A stretch of 64,000 bases of DNA from Bacteroidaceae bacterium (GCA_045634305.1 JAZQZZ010000039.1:3818-67817), one strand, 5' to 3'. Counted from the first letter of the stretch, positions 52,879 through 63,007 are shown. The notes: a model not told the origin generated them from the sequence alone. Translations and numbers: made by a program.

Positions 52879-53721
52879 ATGTCACTATTCAATTGGTTAA
52901 AAGGACTTTTTAGTGGAAAGTCGATAAAAGGGAGCAACTCTACGAGCACAAAGACTATAACTCCGCAGCCAAAGGAGCGCAATATTACGCCATCACACCA
53001 TGCAAGGCACAAGGAGTACAACGCCGGTTCGGCAAAACGTCTGTCGGGGAGCATATATGTGCTTGCGGTATTTGCCGGTGACGGGCATTGGAGCAGAGCC
53101 GGGAAGGAGAAGTTGCTTAACGAGCTGTACAAGGCCGAAAAATGGATAAGGAAAGAGGCTGCACGCTATGGCAAGAGCGTGAGTTTCAAACATGGGACAT
53201 ACGGTCTCGACAAGACCATCAACGTGCATGTTGCTCCGGGACATGGTACCGGCAACGAGGATTGCCGTGTCGCGCACAAGGTTCTCGGTGCTGCAGGATA
53301 CAAGAGCATTGGGCAGTTCTATGAGTGGTTCAGGAAGAACGAGCAGTGCGACAATTGCCTGGTCATAGTCTTTGCACAGGGACGGGGACGTTCATATGCC
53401 GTACCCTACACTCCTGAATATAACGCGGACTATTTTACCGAGAGTTGTATAATCTACGAGGCTTACGAGGATGGCACGCCGCAAATTGCCTTTGGCATGG
53501 CACACGAGATGCTCCACTGCTTTGGTGCCGAAGACTTGTACGAAACGTTCGAAAAGCCACAGATTGTTGAGCAGGAGGCAAAGAAACGTTATGGCAACGA
53601 CGTGATGCACAGGTTCGACTATGAACTCGACAACCTTAAGATTGACGAGTTCACAGCATGGTGTGTGGGACTTACCGATACATGGAAGGATGAGTTCAAC
53701 ATTTTCCTGAAGAAGAAATGA
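52879..53721 (+). CDS. Putative cytoplasmic zinc metalloprotease (HExxH...GAEDxY)
   Basis: 280 aa with no signal peptide. Motif FGMAHEMLHCFGAEDLY (HEMLH = 53503..53517), reminiscent of the HExxHxxGxxDEY layout of M64-like zincins. It has its own promoter box, and its composition resembles the core genome. Confidence 0.5.
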   Translation: MSLFNWLKGLFSGKSIKGSNSTSTKTITPQPKERNITPSHHARHKEYNAGSAKRLSGSIYVLAVFAGDGHWSRAGKEKLLNELYKAEKWIRKEAARYGKSVSFKHGTYGLDKTINVHVAPGHGTGNEDCRVAHKVLGAAGYKSIGQFYEWFRKNEQCDNCLVIVFAQGRGRSYAVPYTPEYNADYFTESCIIYEAYEDGTPQIAFGMAHEMLHCFGAEDLYETFEKPQIVEQEAKKRYGNDVMHRFDYELDNLKIDEFTAWCVGLTDTWKDEFNIFLKKK

Positions 53722-53795
53722 GCTACCGGGAGAATAAAAAAACATATTCACCGACAAAAAAAGCATTAAATCTTTTACATTTCGCAAAAATCTTC

Positions 53796-53803
53796 TAAAT
53801 TTG
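53796..53803 (+). promoter_or_regulatory. Bacteroidetes -7 box (TAAATTTG) upstream of the zapA operon
   Basis: TAnnTTTG match 51 nt upstream of the ATG at 53854. Confidence 0.4.
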
Positions 53804-53853
53804 CGGGAAATCACAAAACAGAACACTTTTGTTTGTGAAAAGTGTGTTGTACT

Positions 53854-54156
53854 ATGACCGAGCAAGACAGAAATGCAATGACAACTTTTGAGGAGAAGCT
53901 CCACCGCCTTGTGTATGAGCACAAGCAGCTGAAGGAGCAGAACCGTGAGTTGTTGCGCACAATTGAGGAGAAGGACAATTCCCTCATTGAACTGCAAAAG
54001 CACTGTGACGCACTCGAGAGCAATTACAACAACCTTAAGCAAGCCAAGATAATAAGCCTTAGCGATAACGGAATAGAGAACGCAAAGGAGAGAATATCGA
54101 GGCTGGTGCGTGAAATCGACCGATGCATTGAGTCGCTAAAGAAACAGCCGGAATAA
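53854..54156 (+). CDS. Small coiled-coil protein (ZapB-like position upstream of zapA)
   Basis: About 100 aa from the ATG at 53854. Heptad-rich sequence LVYEHKQLKEQNRELLRTIEEKDNSLIELQ. Function inferred only from position. Confidence 0.45.
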   Translation: MTEQDRNAMTTFEEKLHRLVYEHKQLKEQNRELLRTIEEKDNSLIELQKHCDALESNYNNLKQAKIISLSDNGIENAKERISRLVREIDRCIESLKKQPE

Positions 54157-54163
54157 ACTGCAT

Positions 54164-54454
54164 ATGGAAGATAGAGAACTGGGAATAAACCTTATAATAG
54201 ATGGTACATCGTACCCGCTGACAATAAAGGCTAGCGATGAGCCTTCGTACAGGCAAGCCGCAAGAATTGTCAACGATACGCTGTCAAGATATAAAGACCT
54301 CTTTTCGGGCGAAGGTGGCGTGAGAGTGATGACAATGGTCGCACTCGACATTGCCTATCACGCCGTGAGCGGTTCAAATGGGGTTACATCGGACGAGGTG
54401 AGACGTAAGATTGCCGAGCTCACACGTCTGGTAGATGACTCCCTGAAGGCATAA
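54164..54454 (+). CDS. zapA: Cell division protein ZapA
   Basis: 96 aa. INLIIDGTSYPLTIKASDEPSYRQAARIVNDTL is ZapA-like. It has the conserved position before rny in Bacteroidetes. Confidence 0.7.
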   Translation: MEDRELGINLIIDGTSYPLTIKASDEPSYRQAARIVNDTLSRYKDLFSGEGGVRVMTMVALDIAYHAVSGSNGVTSDEVRRKIAELTRLVDDSLKA

Positions 54455-54573
54455 GACTGACTCAACAGTTTTTTACAGAAGTTTCACGCATTGCAATATT
54501 CACCTGCACCGGCACACACCGGTAAAGGGATATGGCGGTGCGTTTTATTATATATTAAAAATTTATAACTATT

Positions 54574-56115
54574 ATGAATGTTACAACATTAATCATCGGA
54601 CTGGCAGTCGGATTGGCAATAGGCTTCCTGGTCCAACTTTTGATAAACAAGACCGCCTTGAAGGCTAAACACCAGCGCATCATTGACGACGCACACAAAG
54701 AGGCCGAGGTAATCAAAAAGAACAAATTGCTTGAGGTCAAGGAGAAGTTCCTCAACAAGAAGGCAGAACTTGAGAAGGAGATTTCGCAGCGCAACAACAA
54801 GATACAGCAAGCCGAGCACCAGCTCAAGCAGCGCGAGATACAATACAATCAGCGCAACGAGGACCTGCAGCGCCGCAAGAACGAGCTCGACACAGTAAAG
54901 GAGAACCTTGAGGCACAGCGTGCCGTACTTGAGCGCCGCCAGGAGGAACTTGACAAGATGCACGCACAGGAGCGCGAGAAGCTTGAGGCTATCAGCGGTC
55001 TGTCGGCCGACGAGGCAAAGGAGCGCCTCATCGAGTCACTAAAGGAGGAGGCAAAGAGCGAAGCTGCATCATACATCAACGACATCATTGACGATGCGAA
55101 GATGACCGCCAACAAGGAGGCAAAGAAGATTGTGATACAGACCATCCAGCGCGTGGCAACAGAAACAGCAATAGAGAACTCGGTGACCGTGTTCCACATT
55201 GACAGCGATGAGATGAAGGGCCGCATCATTGGCCGCGAGGGACGCAACATCCGCGCATTGGAGGCTGCTACCGGTGTTGAGATTGTTGTCGACGACACCC
55301 CCGAGGCTATCGTGCTGAGCGCATTCGACCCTGTTCGCCGCGAGATTGCACGCCTTGCTTTACACCAACTTGTTGCCGACGGCCGCATACACCCTGCACG
55401 CATTGAGGAGGTTGTTGCCAAGGTGAAGAAACAGATCGAGGAGGAAATTATCGAAACAGGTAAGCGAACCACCATAGACCTGGGTATTCACGGCATGCAT
55501 CCCGAGCTCATCCGCATCATAGGTAAGATGAAGTACCGTTCATCATATGGCCAGAACCTGTTGCAGCACGCACGTGAGACAGCAAACCTCTGTGCCGTTA
55601 TGGCTGCCGAGCTTGGCCTCAACCCCAAGAAGGCTAAACGCGCCGGCTTGCTGCACGATATCGGTAAGGTACCCGATGAAGAGACCGAATTGCCACATGC
55701 AGAGTATGGTATGAAGATTGCCGAGAAGTACAAGGAGAAACCCGATATCTGCAATGCCATCGGTGCTCACCACGACGAGGTAGAGATGACAAGCCTCATC
55801 GCCCCAATCGTACAGGTATGCGACGCCATCTCGGGCGCACGTCCCGGCGCTCGCCGCGAGATTGTAGAGGCATACATAAAGCGTCTGCACGACCTTGAGC
55901 AGCTTGCAATGTCATACCCGGGCGTAACAAAGACATATGCCATCCAGGCCGGTCGCGAGCTGCGTGTGATTGTCGGTGCCGACAAGATCGACGACAAGCA
56001 GACCGAGCTTCTCTCTGGCGAGATTGCAAAGAAGATTCAGGACGAGATGACATATCCCGGCCAGGTGAAGATTACCGTCATCCGCGAGACACGTGCAGTG
56101 AACTACGCACGATAA
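54574..56115 (+). CDS. rny: Ribonuclease Y
   Basis: 513 aa with an N-terminal TM, a coiled coil, KH block [19 protein letters not shown] and HD block GLLHDIGK. Confidence 0.92.
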   Translation: MNVTTLIIGLAVGLAIGFLVQLLINKTALKAKHQRIIDDAHKEAEVIKKNKLLEVKEKFLNKKAELEKEISQRNNKIQQAEHQLKQREIQYNQRNEDLQRRKNELDTVKENLEAQRAVLERRQEELDKMHAQEREKLEAISGLSADEAKERLIESLKEEAKSEAASYINDIIDDAKMTANKEAKKIVIQTIQRVATETAIENSVTVFHIDSDEMKGRIIGREGRNIRALEAATGVEIVVDDTPEAIVLSAFDPVRREIARLALHQLVADGRIHPARIEEVVAKVKKQIEEEIIETGKRTTIDLGIHGMHPELIRIIGKMKYRSSYGQNLLQHARETANLCAVMAAELGLNPKKAKRAGLLHDIGKVPDEETELPHAEYGMKIAEKYKEKPDICNAIGAHHDEVEMTSLIAPIVQVCDAISGARPGARREIVEAYIKRLHDLEQLAMSYPGVTKTYAIQAGRELRVIVGADKIDDKQTELLSGEIAKKIQDEMTYPGQVKITVIRETRAVNYAR

Positions 56116-56131
56116 TCCAAGACATAACAAC

Positions 56132-56166
56132 AAGTGCGGTATATGAAAATATATCGCACTTTTTTA
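56132..56166 (+). terminator. rny terminator
   Basis: aagtgcggtatat-gaaa-atatatcgcactt (one mismatch) followed by ttttt. Confidence 0.6.
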
Positions 56167-56176
56167 TTGCCACAAA

Positions 56177-56824
56177 ATGGACAAGCCACATCTTTCAGCA
56201 GAACTCATAAATCATATAGAAGGCGAAATATTGCCACGATATGAAGCCTTTGACAAGGCACATGACCGCAGGCATGCCTTTATGGTAATGTCGAACAGTC
56301 TAAGGCTGGCACAGCACTACGATGTTGATATGCAGATGGTATATACAATTGCCGCATATCACGACCTGGGACTGGAAGCAGGCCGGGAACAACATCACAC
56401 TGTATCGGCACGCATAGTACGCGGAGATAAGAGGCTTAAAAAGTTTTTCACAAGCGAACAGATAGAGATTATGGCCGACGCGGTTGAAGACCACCGTGCA
56501 TCCTGCAGCAATCCGCCACGCACCATATATGGCAAGATAGTTGCCGAGGCCGACCGCATTATCGACTCAGAAACAATAATGAGGCGCACAATACAATACG
56601 GTTTGTCGCACTACCCTACGCTTACAGCATCAGAACATATTGAACGTGCTGTGGCGCACATCAGAGAAAAATATGGCGAAAGCGGATACCTGAAACTATG
56701 GATACCGGAGTCGGACAACGCTGCAAAACTGCATGAGTTCCGCGCCCTCATAAGCAATGAGGCACAGTTAACCGAAAGCCTGAAAAGGATATACGACGAA
56801 GAAAGCTGCACCAATCACACATAG
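56177..56824 (+). CDS. HD-domain phosphohydrolase
   Basis: 215 aa. HD signature IAAYHDLG and a downstream DAVEDH. Confidence 0.65.
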   Translation: MDKPHLSAELINHIEGEILPRYEAFDKAHDRRHAFMVMSNSLRLAQHYDVDMQMVYTIAAYHDLGLEAGREQHHTVSARIVRGDKRLKKFFTSEQIEIMADAVEDHRASCSNPPRTIYGKIVAEADRIIDSETIMRRTIQYGLSHYPTLTASEHIERAVAHIREKYGESGYLKLWIPESDNAAKLHEFRALISNEAQLTESLKRIYDEESCTNHT

Positions 56825-58227
56825 CTGTGCAGTCCGCCAAGCAGCAAGTTCACGCCGAAGAAGGTGAACAACACCGCCAGGAAGGCCACAATACAGAATA
56901 TGTGGAATGCAATAGGCTTTGAGATGAAGCGCAGCGAGCGCGAGTGGAAGCCCATGGAACATACAAGCAGTGTCACCAACGCCCACACCTCTTTGGGGTC
57001 CCATCCCCAATAGCGTCCCCACGAGAGATTTGCCCACACGGCACCAATAAAAATTCCACACGCAAGCAGCATTGTGGCCGGATAGAGCAACAAGCGCCCG
57101 AGCTGTGCCTGTTGCGCTTTTCTTTTTTCATCCTTTGTACACAGTGCAATGATAGCATTCACGGCCGTGCAGGCAAGCAGTGCATAGGCTATTATTATTG
57201 TTGTTACATGAATGCCCAATAGAGGTGTGCGCAGTATTGGCTGCACATCACTGTCGCCGTCAAGGCCGATCGCGGCAACAACAAAAAACATAGCGGCAAC
57301 AAGAACGAGCAATCGACTCAATAGCACGAAACGTTTCTTGCGTCCCAAAGCAACAGCAAGCAACATAACAAAAAGAACAAGCAACATAAGAGCCTCGGCA
57401 CCATTGGTCGCCGGGAAAACGCCACGCCCGCACCATAGTACGCACAAAAACAAAAAAGACACCGGCAGTGCTACCCACATTCTCCGGGCAAGAATACTTA
57501 GAGACATGACATCACTCTCTTTTTTTACAGAAGCCTTTATACTCTTCCCGTTTTTCCCTCTCATCTGTTGCAGCAAGGCTTTGAAACCGCTCTGTCTGTC
57601 AAAGAACAGTAGCAGGAACGAGATTAACACCATCGCATATCCGGCGTAACTTATCGGGCGCCCATATGGGTCATATGAGACAAGCAACGATACACCTGCC
57701 TCATCCACTCCTTTTATGCAGAATTGGTAACCGTTGATTTTGGCCGGGGCATTCAACGAGATAAGGAACTCTGCCTGCACGGCTTTGTCATCGGCAACAA
57801 CACGTACAACGTAATCGTTTGGTGCTTCGCCATCGCCATTGAGAGTGTCGATATCCACCAATTGCAGGCGAAAAGGCAGTTTCTGCAACGTGCCGTCACT
57901 CATTTCAAACATCGAAGCAGGTGCACCACCCTGTGAAATTGCCATATCCCCACGCTTTGAGGTGAGGAACGACACAAATGCGCCAAGCAGCACCACCACA
58001 AAAGATGCATGCAACAGAATTAGTGAGCCGCGCCTTTGGGTGCGCAGTATATATGCAGTGGCTGCCACAGCAAGCAGTGCCCACATGGCAATGAACCACC
58101 ACGAATGGTAGATGTTTTCAATGGCAAATGCCGAGCCGAAAAGTTTCTCGAGAATGGTGGCGACAACAAGCACCGGAACAATTACACCGGCGGCACCAAA
58201 AGAGATTGTTTTCAGCAGCCTTTTCAT
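56815..58227 (-). CDS. ccsA: Cytochrome c biogenesis protein (CcsB-CcsA fusion type)
   Basis: 470 aa, polytopic. Trp-rich haem-handling motif WANLSWGRYWGWDPKEVWALV. Confidence 0.75.
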   Translation of the reverse strand: MKRLLKTISFGAAGVIVPVLVVATILEKLFGSAFAIENIYHSWWFIAMWALLAVAATAYILRTQRRGSLILLHASFVVVLLGAFVSFLTSKRGDMAISQGGAPASMFEMSDGTLQKLPFRLQLVDIDTLNGDGEAPNDYVVRVVADDKAVQAEFLISLNAPAKINGYQFCIKGVDEAGVSLLVSYDPYGRPISYAGYAMVLISFLLLFFDRQSGFKALLQQMRGKNGKSIKASVKKESDVMSLSILARRMWVALPVSFLFLCVLWCGRGVFPATNGAEALMLLVLFVMLLAVALGRKKRFVLLSRLLVLVAAMFFVVAAIGLDGDSDVQPILRTPLLGIHVTTIIIAYALLACTAVNAIIALCTKDEKRKAQQAQLGRLLLYPATMLLACGIFIGAVWANLSWGRYWGWDPKEVWALVTLLVCSMGFHSRSLRFISKPIAFHIFCIVAFLAVLFTFFGVNLLLGGLHSYV

Positions 58228-58230
58228 CCG

Positions 58231-58806
58231 TCATGCAGTGAGATGTTCAAACAGCACTCTGCAACCTATGAGCACAAGGATAATACCACCACACATTTCT
58301 GCACGCAGTTTCTTTGCGAATCCGTTACCGCATTTAAGGCCAAGCGCAAGGCCAAGAATAGTCATCGCAAACGACACAAGGAAAATCACTGCCAGAGGAT
58401 AGCACAACGATGCTGCACTCACATAGCCCATGCACGAGAACGAGATACCCACCGCCAGTGCATCAATGCTTGTGGCTATGGCAAGCGTGAATATTACCTT
58501 GTAACGGCGTGGGTTGAAACGCTTCTTCTCCTCTTCCTTGAACGACTCTGCAATCATCCTCGCACCCATGAATCCCAGAATGCCGAACGCCAGCCAATGG
58601 TCTACACTCTCAATGAGTGTACGGCATTGGTCTGTGCCCCACCAACCAAGGAAAGGATTCAGCGCCTGAAAGAAACCAAAGAGGAATGCCATTGTCAACA
58701 TTGGCTTCCAGTAAACTTTTTTAAAGAATATTCCGCTTGCTATGGCAACCGCAAAGCAATCCATGGCAAGAGCCAATGCCATCAGCCAAACTTCTATGTG
58801 TGTCAT
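58231..58806 (-). CDS. mntP: Manganese efflux pump MntP
   Basis: 191 aa. Duplicated DUF204-type halves LALAMDCFAVAIASG and LAIATSIDALAVGISF. Confidence 0.75.
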   Translation of the reverse strand: MTHIEVWLMALALAMDCFAVAIASGIFFKKVYWKPMLTMAFLFGFFQALNPFLGWWGTDQCRTLIESVDHWLAFGILGFMGARMIAESFKEEEKKRFNPRRYKVIFTLAIATSIDALAVGISFSCMGYVSAASLCYPLAVIFLVSFAMTILGLALGLKCGNGFAKKLRAEMCGGIILVLIGCRVLFEHLTA

Positions 58807-58883
58807 GCTGTGTGAGATATTTTATGCAAAAATACATTATTTATTATATATCGGCCGTAAAAAACATAAAAAGAATTAAAGCT

Positions 58884-58915
58884 GTTGCAAAAACAAAAAA
58901 AAGCCTATACCTTTG
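58884..58915 (+). promoter_or_regulatory. ssrA promoter
   Basis: GTTG (58884..58887), a 20-nt spacer, then TACCTTTG (58908..58915), 16 nt before the tmRNA 5' end. Confidence 0.45.
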
Positions 58916-58930
58916 TGCACTCTTACAATC

Positions 58931-59325
58931 GGGGCTATCTGGATTTGACAGCGGGTAGAAAAGGTATGTAAGCACGCAGTGCATTGCCGGTTCGCACTAT
59001 AATATGAGCAGGCAAAAATTTATCTGGCAACAATAACTACGCTCTTGCTGCTTAATCGAAGTATAGTAGATTAGCTTAATCCCTGCACCAGGTGCGGGGA
59101 CGAGACATCACCCGGACGCTGTTGTTCCGAAGCAATCCGATATGGTGGTGCAGGCAAATCGGAACTAACCATTGCAGGCCTCGATGCAATGGCGACATTT
59201 TAGAGGATAAGGCGCAGGTTGGCGGTCGCGGTCTTGCCTGTGCTCGAAAAACCCACCGATGACTAAGCGTGTAGAAAGCATATTGTTTCCCTGTTTGGAC
59301 GAGGGTTCGACTCCCTCTAGCTCCA
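58931..59325 (+). ncRNA. ssrA: tmRNA (transfer-messenger RNA)
   Basis: The 5' ggggcta pairs with the 3' tagctcc acceptor end. T-arm ggacgagggttcgactccctc. Tag ORF ggcaacaataactacgctcttgctgcttaa = GNNNYALAA-stop (59025..59053). CCA is not fully encoded (caa). Confidence 0.92.
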
Positions 59326-59347
59326 CAAAGAAAACTACATTTCAAAA

Positions 59348-59387
59348 CAGAACTGCAAATTTCACCGATTGGCAGTTCTGTTTTTTT
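59348..59387 (+). terminator. ssrA terminator
   Basis: cagaactgc-N15-gcagttctg followed by ttttttt. Confidence 0.65.
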
Positions 59388-59492
59388 ATTCTCAATGCTA
59401 CTGGCGACCGATTATCGCTAATATTAATTACAAAAACTGTACTTTTTGTACACATTTGTACCTTTATGTTTTGTATTATTGCTTATTTTGAC

Positions 59493-59500
59493 TACTTTTG
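59493..59500 (+). promoter_or_regulatory. Bacteroidetes -7 box (TACTTTTG) upstream of the AraC-family gene
   Basis: TAnnTTTG match 38 nt upstream of the ATG at 59538. Confidence 0.4.
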
Positions 59501-59537
59501 CACATATTTTCAAAATAGACACAAACAATAGAACATA

Positions 59538-60404
59538 ATGAACAACGTATATTTGAAAAAACTACCGTTGCAAGGATTTGCCACTACACAATCGTCATTG
59601 CAACAATTTGTGCAGCACGTTTACCAAATGCAGCACACATCAATATTCTTCTGTGTCAGCGGCGAAGCGCTATTCACCATAGACGGACAGAAATACCGCT
59701 TCACCCCCGGACAGATAATCATTTGCCCCACAGGTTCAAACATTCTGTTGCTCGACATTACAAGCGACTTCTCATCGCGTCTGCTCGGTCTCTCAAAACA
59801 CATATGGCTTGCAGCACGCAGCTCCATGAGCCCAGAGACCATACAGGCCATAGAGTGCCGCACACATCAGGGTGGGAACAGCAACTTGGAGAAAGAGTTC
59901 CTGAACAACATTTTCCGACAAATTGATATCCTTGATATTGAGGCCGGCAGCAACGACGAAAACATGGACTACTGCCGACAGAACATCATACTTGCCGTGA
60001 ACTCACTGTTGCTCTACATACAGCGCATAAGCAAGACACACAACACATTGACAAAGGAGAATATCAGCGAGAACAAAGACAAACTGTTCCACGAGTTCAG
60101 GGTACTGCTCACCAATAATTTCCGCGAAGAGAGATCGGTACAGTTCTATGCAGACAAGATGCGCATCTCCACACGCCACCTGAATTCAATATGCCAACGT
60201 GCCAGCGGACAGAATGCAAAGGAGATAATAGACCACTTCACAATCATAGAATTGGAAGTCAGTCTCATATACACGCACAAGAGTTTCCAGGAACTTGTCA
60301 ATGAATTCCACTTCCCCGACCAGAGCTACCTGAACCGTTACTTCAAGCGCCACACTGGCTTCTCACTGTCGGAGTTCCGCTCAAACGGAGTGATGGTTGA
60401 TTGA
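59538..60404 (+). CDS. AraC-family transcriptional regulator
   Basis: 288 aa. N-terminal cupin-like region. C-terminal double HTH SVQFYADKMRISTRHLNSICQ...SYLNRYFKRHTGFSLSEFR. Confidence 0.8.
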   Translation: MNNVYLKKLPLQGFATTQSSLQQFVQHVYQMQHTSIFFCVSGEALFTIDGQKYRFTPGQIIICPTGSNILLLDITSDFSSRLLGLSKHIWLAARSSMSPETIQAIECRTHQGGNSNLEKEFLNNIFRQIDILDIEAGSNDENMDYCRQNIILAVNSLLLYIQRISKTHNTLTKENISENKDKLFHEFRVLLTNNFREERSVQFYADKMRISTRHLNSICQRASGQNAKEIIDHFTIIELEVSLIYTHKSFQELVNEFHFPDQSYLNRYFKRHTGFSLSEFRSNGVMVD

Positions 60405-60568
60405 AAACGGAAGGCGAAGTTTCGATAATCCAGAATGTTGATAAACACAAAAAAGTAATGACGGGCATTGCTCGTCATTACTTTTTGTCAATGTAAGGTA
60501 TTACGTTTGAGTGTGTTATTATCGAAGCCTACGGATTTCAGCTCTGACTTTTCCGATTTCCGTTGTTC

Positions 60569-60871
60569 TTACGCTTCTACCTTAAAAGGAGCCCCCGGCG
60601 CATATCCTCCCCGCTCGGGCAGACGAATCTCGCCGAACTGCGCCTCGTACTTCATGAGGTTATCCTGCAAAGCAAGCGCAAGACGCTTGGCATGCTCGGG
60701 AGTCATTACAATACGTGACTTGACTTTTGCCTTGCTCACACCGGGCATCATACGCACAAAATCGAGCACGAATTCCGATGTTGAATGGGCTATGATTGCA
60801 AGGTTGGCATATGTACCCTCGGCAATATCCTCCTTGAGTTCTATCTGCAGTTGATTATCCTTTAGTTCCAT
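60569..60871 (-). CDS. DUF3467-family small protein
   Basis: 100 aa. LKEDIAEGTYANLAIIAHSTSEFVLDFVRMMPG matches my memory of DUF3467. Confidence 0.55.
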   Translation of the reverse strand: MELKDNQLQIELKEDIAEGTYANLAIIAHSTSEFVLDFVRMMPGVSKAKVKSRIVMTPEHAKRLALALQDNLMKYEAQFGEIRLPERGGYAPGAPFKVEA

Positions 60872-60880
60872 AACAAGAGT

Positions 60881-61459
60881 TTAACGATAAAATGAGACAA
60901 GATTTATGTCGAATATCAATGTCGAGTAAGCAGGAATGGAAGCCGACATCTTCTCGCCATAACCAAGCTGATAAGGGATATAGACTTTCCAGACATCACC
61001 ATCGACCATGTGCTGCAACGCAGTACTGAATCCGGGGACGGTACCTGCCAAAGGCATACCTACAGGTACATTGAAAGAGGGGTTGAATTCACCTTTGTAG
61101 CTACTGTCGAACTGATATCCGTCGGGATATGTTGCCGATGGCATAAGGCGGCCGCGATAATTCACAAGTACACTGTCAGTGAAGAGCGGGTGCTCTGTTC
61201 CAGTACCATTTTCAATTATCCGGCAATATACATAGCACTCGTTACCCCATTGTTTTTGGGGGTCAAGGCCATTTACCAGGAAGACCTTCCAATCATCATA
61301 GGTATTAGCGTGCGCAACAGCGGCTATTGAATCAATGAACTGGATATTGCGGTTCTGCCAGTTGTCGAACTCGCCGGCCTCGGTTGTCTCCTCGCACGAT
61401 GTCAGTCCAAAAAGGACCGACAAAGTGAGAGCAAAGAATATTCTGATATTTTTCATCAT
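60881..61459 (-). CDS. FKBP-type peptidyl-prolyl cis-trans isomerase (lipoprotein)
   Basis: 192 aa with a signal ending ..GLTSC. Blocks VNYRGRL, QFDSSY, GFSTALQHMVDGDVWKVYIPYQLGYG and STLIFDINLV. Confidence 0.8.
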   Translation of the reverse strand: MMKNIRIFFALTLSVLFGLTSCEETTEAGEFDNWQNRNIQFIDSIAAVAHANTYDDWKVFLVNGLDPQKQWGNECYVYCRIIENGTGTEHPLFTDSVLVNYRGRLMPSATYPDGYQFDSSYKGEFNPSFNVPVGMPLAGTVPGFSTALQHMVDGDVWKVYIPYQLGYGEKMSASIPAYSTLIFDINLVSFYR

Positions 61460-61465
61460 CTGTTT

Positions 61466-63007
61466 TTATGACAATTTCTTCAGAAGTGATGTAATGCTTA
61501 CATTATCCTGAATGATGTTGCGCAAATCGCTTATAGCTACACGGCGCTGCTCCATTGTGTCGCGCTCACGGAGTGTTACCATGCCGTCCTCCAAAGTCTG
61601 GTGGTCAACTGTAACACAGTAAGGAGTACCGATTGCATCCATACGACGGTAACGTTTGCCGATAGAGTCCTTCTCCTCGTAATAACAGTTGAAGTTGAAC
61701 TTGAGTTCGTTCATGATTTCACGAGCCTTCTCGGGCAGACCATCCTTCTTCACCAAAGGCAACACAGCCAACTTAACCGGTGCAAGGGCTGCAGGCAAAC
61801 GCAATACAACGCGTGTCTCGCCATTCTCGAGTTTCTCCTCGCAGTACGATGCACACATTACGCTGAGGAACATACGGTCTACACCGATTGATGTCTCAAT
61901 AACATATGGAGTGTAGCTCTCGTTTGTCTCGGGATCGAAGTACTTGATGTTCTTGCCAGAATATACCTGGTGCTGGCCAAGGTCGAAATCGGTACGTGAG
62001 TGGATACCCTCGACCTCCTTGAATCCGAATGGCATACGGAACTCAATGTCGGTAGCGGCGTTTGCATAGTGAGCAAGTTTCTCGTGATCGTGGTAGCGGT
62101 AAGCATCGTCGCCGAAGCCAAGAGCCTTGTGCCATGCAAGACGTGTCTCCTTCCACTTGTTGAACCACTCGAGTTCGCTGCCGGGGCGTACGAAGAACTG
62201 CATCTCCATCTGCTCGAACTCACGCATACGGAAGATGAACTGACGTGCAACAATCTCGTTACGGAAAGCCTTACCAATCTGTGCAATACCGAAAGGAACA
62301 CGCATGCGTCCGGTCTTCTGCACGTTGAGGTAGTTCACAAAGATACCCTGTGCAGTCTCGGGACGGAGGTAAACCTTCATCGCACCGTCGGCTGTCGAAC
62401 CCATCTCGGTTGAGAACATGAGGTTGAACTGGCGAACCTCGGTCCAGTTACGTGTACCGGAGATTGGACATACGATCTCCTCGTCGATGATAATCTGGCG
62501 GAGTTCCTCAAGGTTCATATCGTTGAGAGCCTTAGCAAAACGCGCCTGCAATGCATCGCGTTTCTCCTTCTCGGCAAGAACCTTAGGGTTTGTCTCCATG
62601 AAGAGTTCACGGTTGAATGAGTCGCCGAAACGCTTTGCAGCCTTTGCAGCCTCCTTCTCCATCTTCTCCTCGTATTTTGCTATCTGCTCCTCGATGAGAA
62701 CATCGGCACGGTAGCGCTTCTTTGAGTCACGGTTGTCAATGAGGGGGTCATTGAACGCATCGACGTGACCCGAAGCCTTCCAAATTGTAGGATGCATGAA
62801 GATAGCCGAGTCGATACCGACGATATTGTCATGGAGCAACACCATGCTCTGCCACCAATAGGTCTTTATATTATTCTTGAGCTCAACACCCATCTGTCCG
62901 TAATCGTACACTGCACCCAAGCCATCATAAATATCGCTTGAAGGGAACACGAAACCATACTCTTTGCAATGCGCAACTACTTTCTTAAAAACATCTTCTT
63001 GTGCCAT
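61466..63007 (-). CDS. glyQS: Glycine--tRNA ligase (dimeric GlyQS type)
   Basis: 513 aa. Blocks FPSSDIYDGLGAVYDYGQMGVELKNNIK, RPETAQGIFVNY and FRMREFEQMEMQFF. Confidence 0.92.
   Translation of the reverse strand: MAQEDVFKKVVAHCKEYGFVFPSSDIYDGLGAVYDYGQMGVELKNNIKTYWWQSMVLLHDNIVGIDSAIFMHPTIWKASGHVDAFNDPLIDNRDSKKRYRADVLIEEQIAKYEEKMEKEAAKAAKRFGDSFNRELFMETNPKVLAEKEKRDALQARFAKALNDMNLEELRQIIIDEEIVCPISGTRNWTEVRQFNLMFSTEMGSTADGAMKVYLRPETAQGIFVNYLNVQKTGRMRVPFGIAQIGKAFRNEIVARQFIFRMREFEQMEMQFFVRPGSELEWFNKWKETRLAWHKALGFGDDAYRYHDHEKLAHYANAATDIEFRMPFGFKEVEGIHSRTDFDLGQHQVYSGKNIKYFDPETNESYTPYVIETSIGVDRMFLSVMCASYCEEKLENGETRVVLRLPAALAPVKLAVLPLVKKDGLPEKAREIMNELKFNFNCYYEEKDSIGKRYRRMDAIGTPYCVTVDHQTLEDGMVTLRERDTMEQRRVAISDLRNIIQDNVSITSLLKKLS

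Noticed and set aside
53392-54042. 216-aa minus-strand ORF spanning the end of the HExxH gene, the intergenic region and the ZapB-like gene.
   Set aside because: It overlaps two better-supported plus-strand genes and a promoter box, and has a low-complexity Leu/Val-rich translation.
54455-54573. 6S RNA (ssrS) downstream of zapA, by analogy with the E. coli zapA-ssrS arrangement.
   Set aside because: The spacer is only about 119 nt, shorter than a 6S RNA, and shows no long imperfect duplex with a central bubble.
56815-56824. 10-nt overlap of the convergent HD-hydrolase and ccsA 3' ends, as a possible regulatory antisense arrangement.
   Set aside because: Short 3'-3' overlaps are common and there is no additional structure, so it is not worth a finding.
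58807-58930. yybP-ykoY manganese riboswitch upstream of mntP (minus strand).
   Set aside because: The roughly 120-nt leader is very AT-rich, overlaps the divergent ssrA promoter, and lacks the conserved GC-rich four-way-junction motifs of that riboswitch as I remember them.
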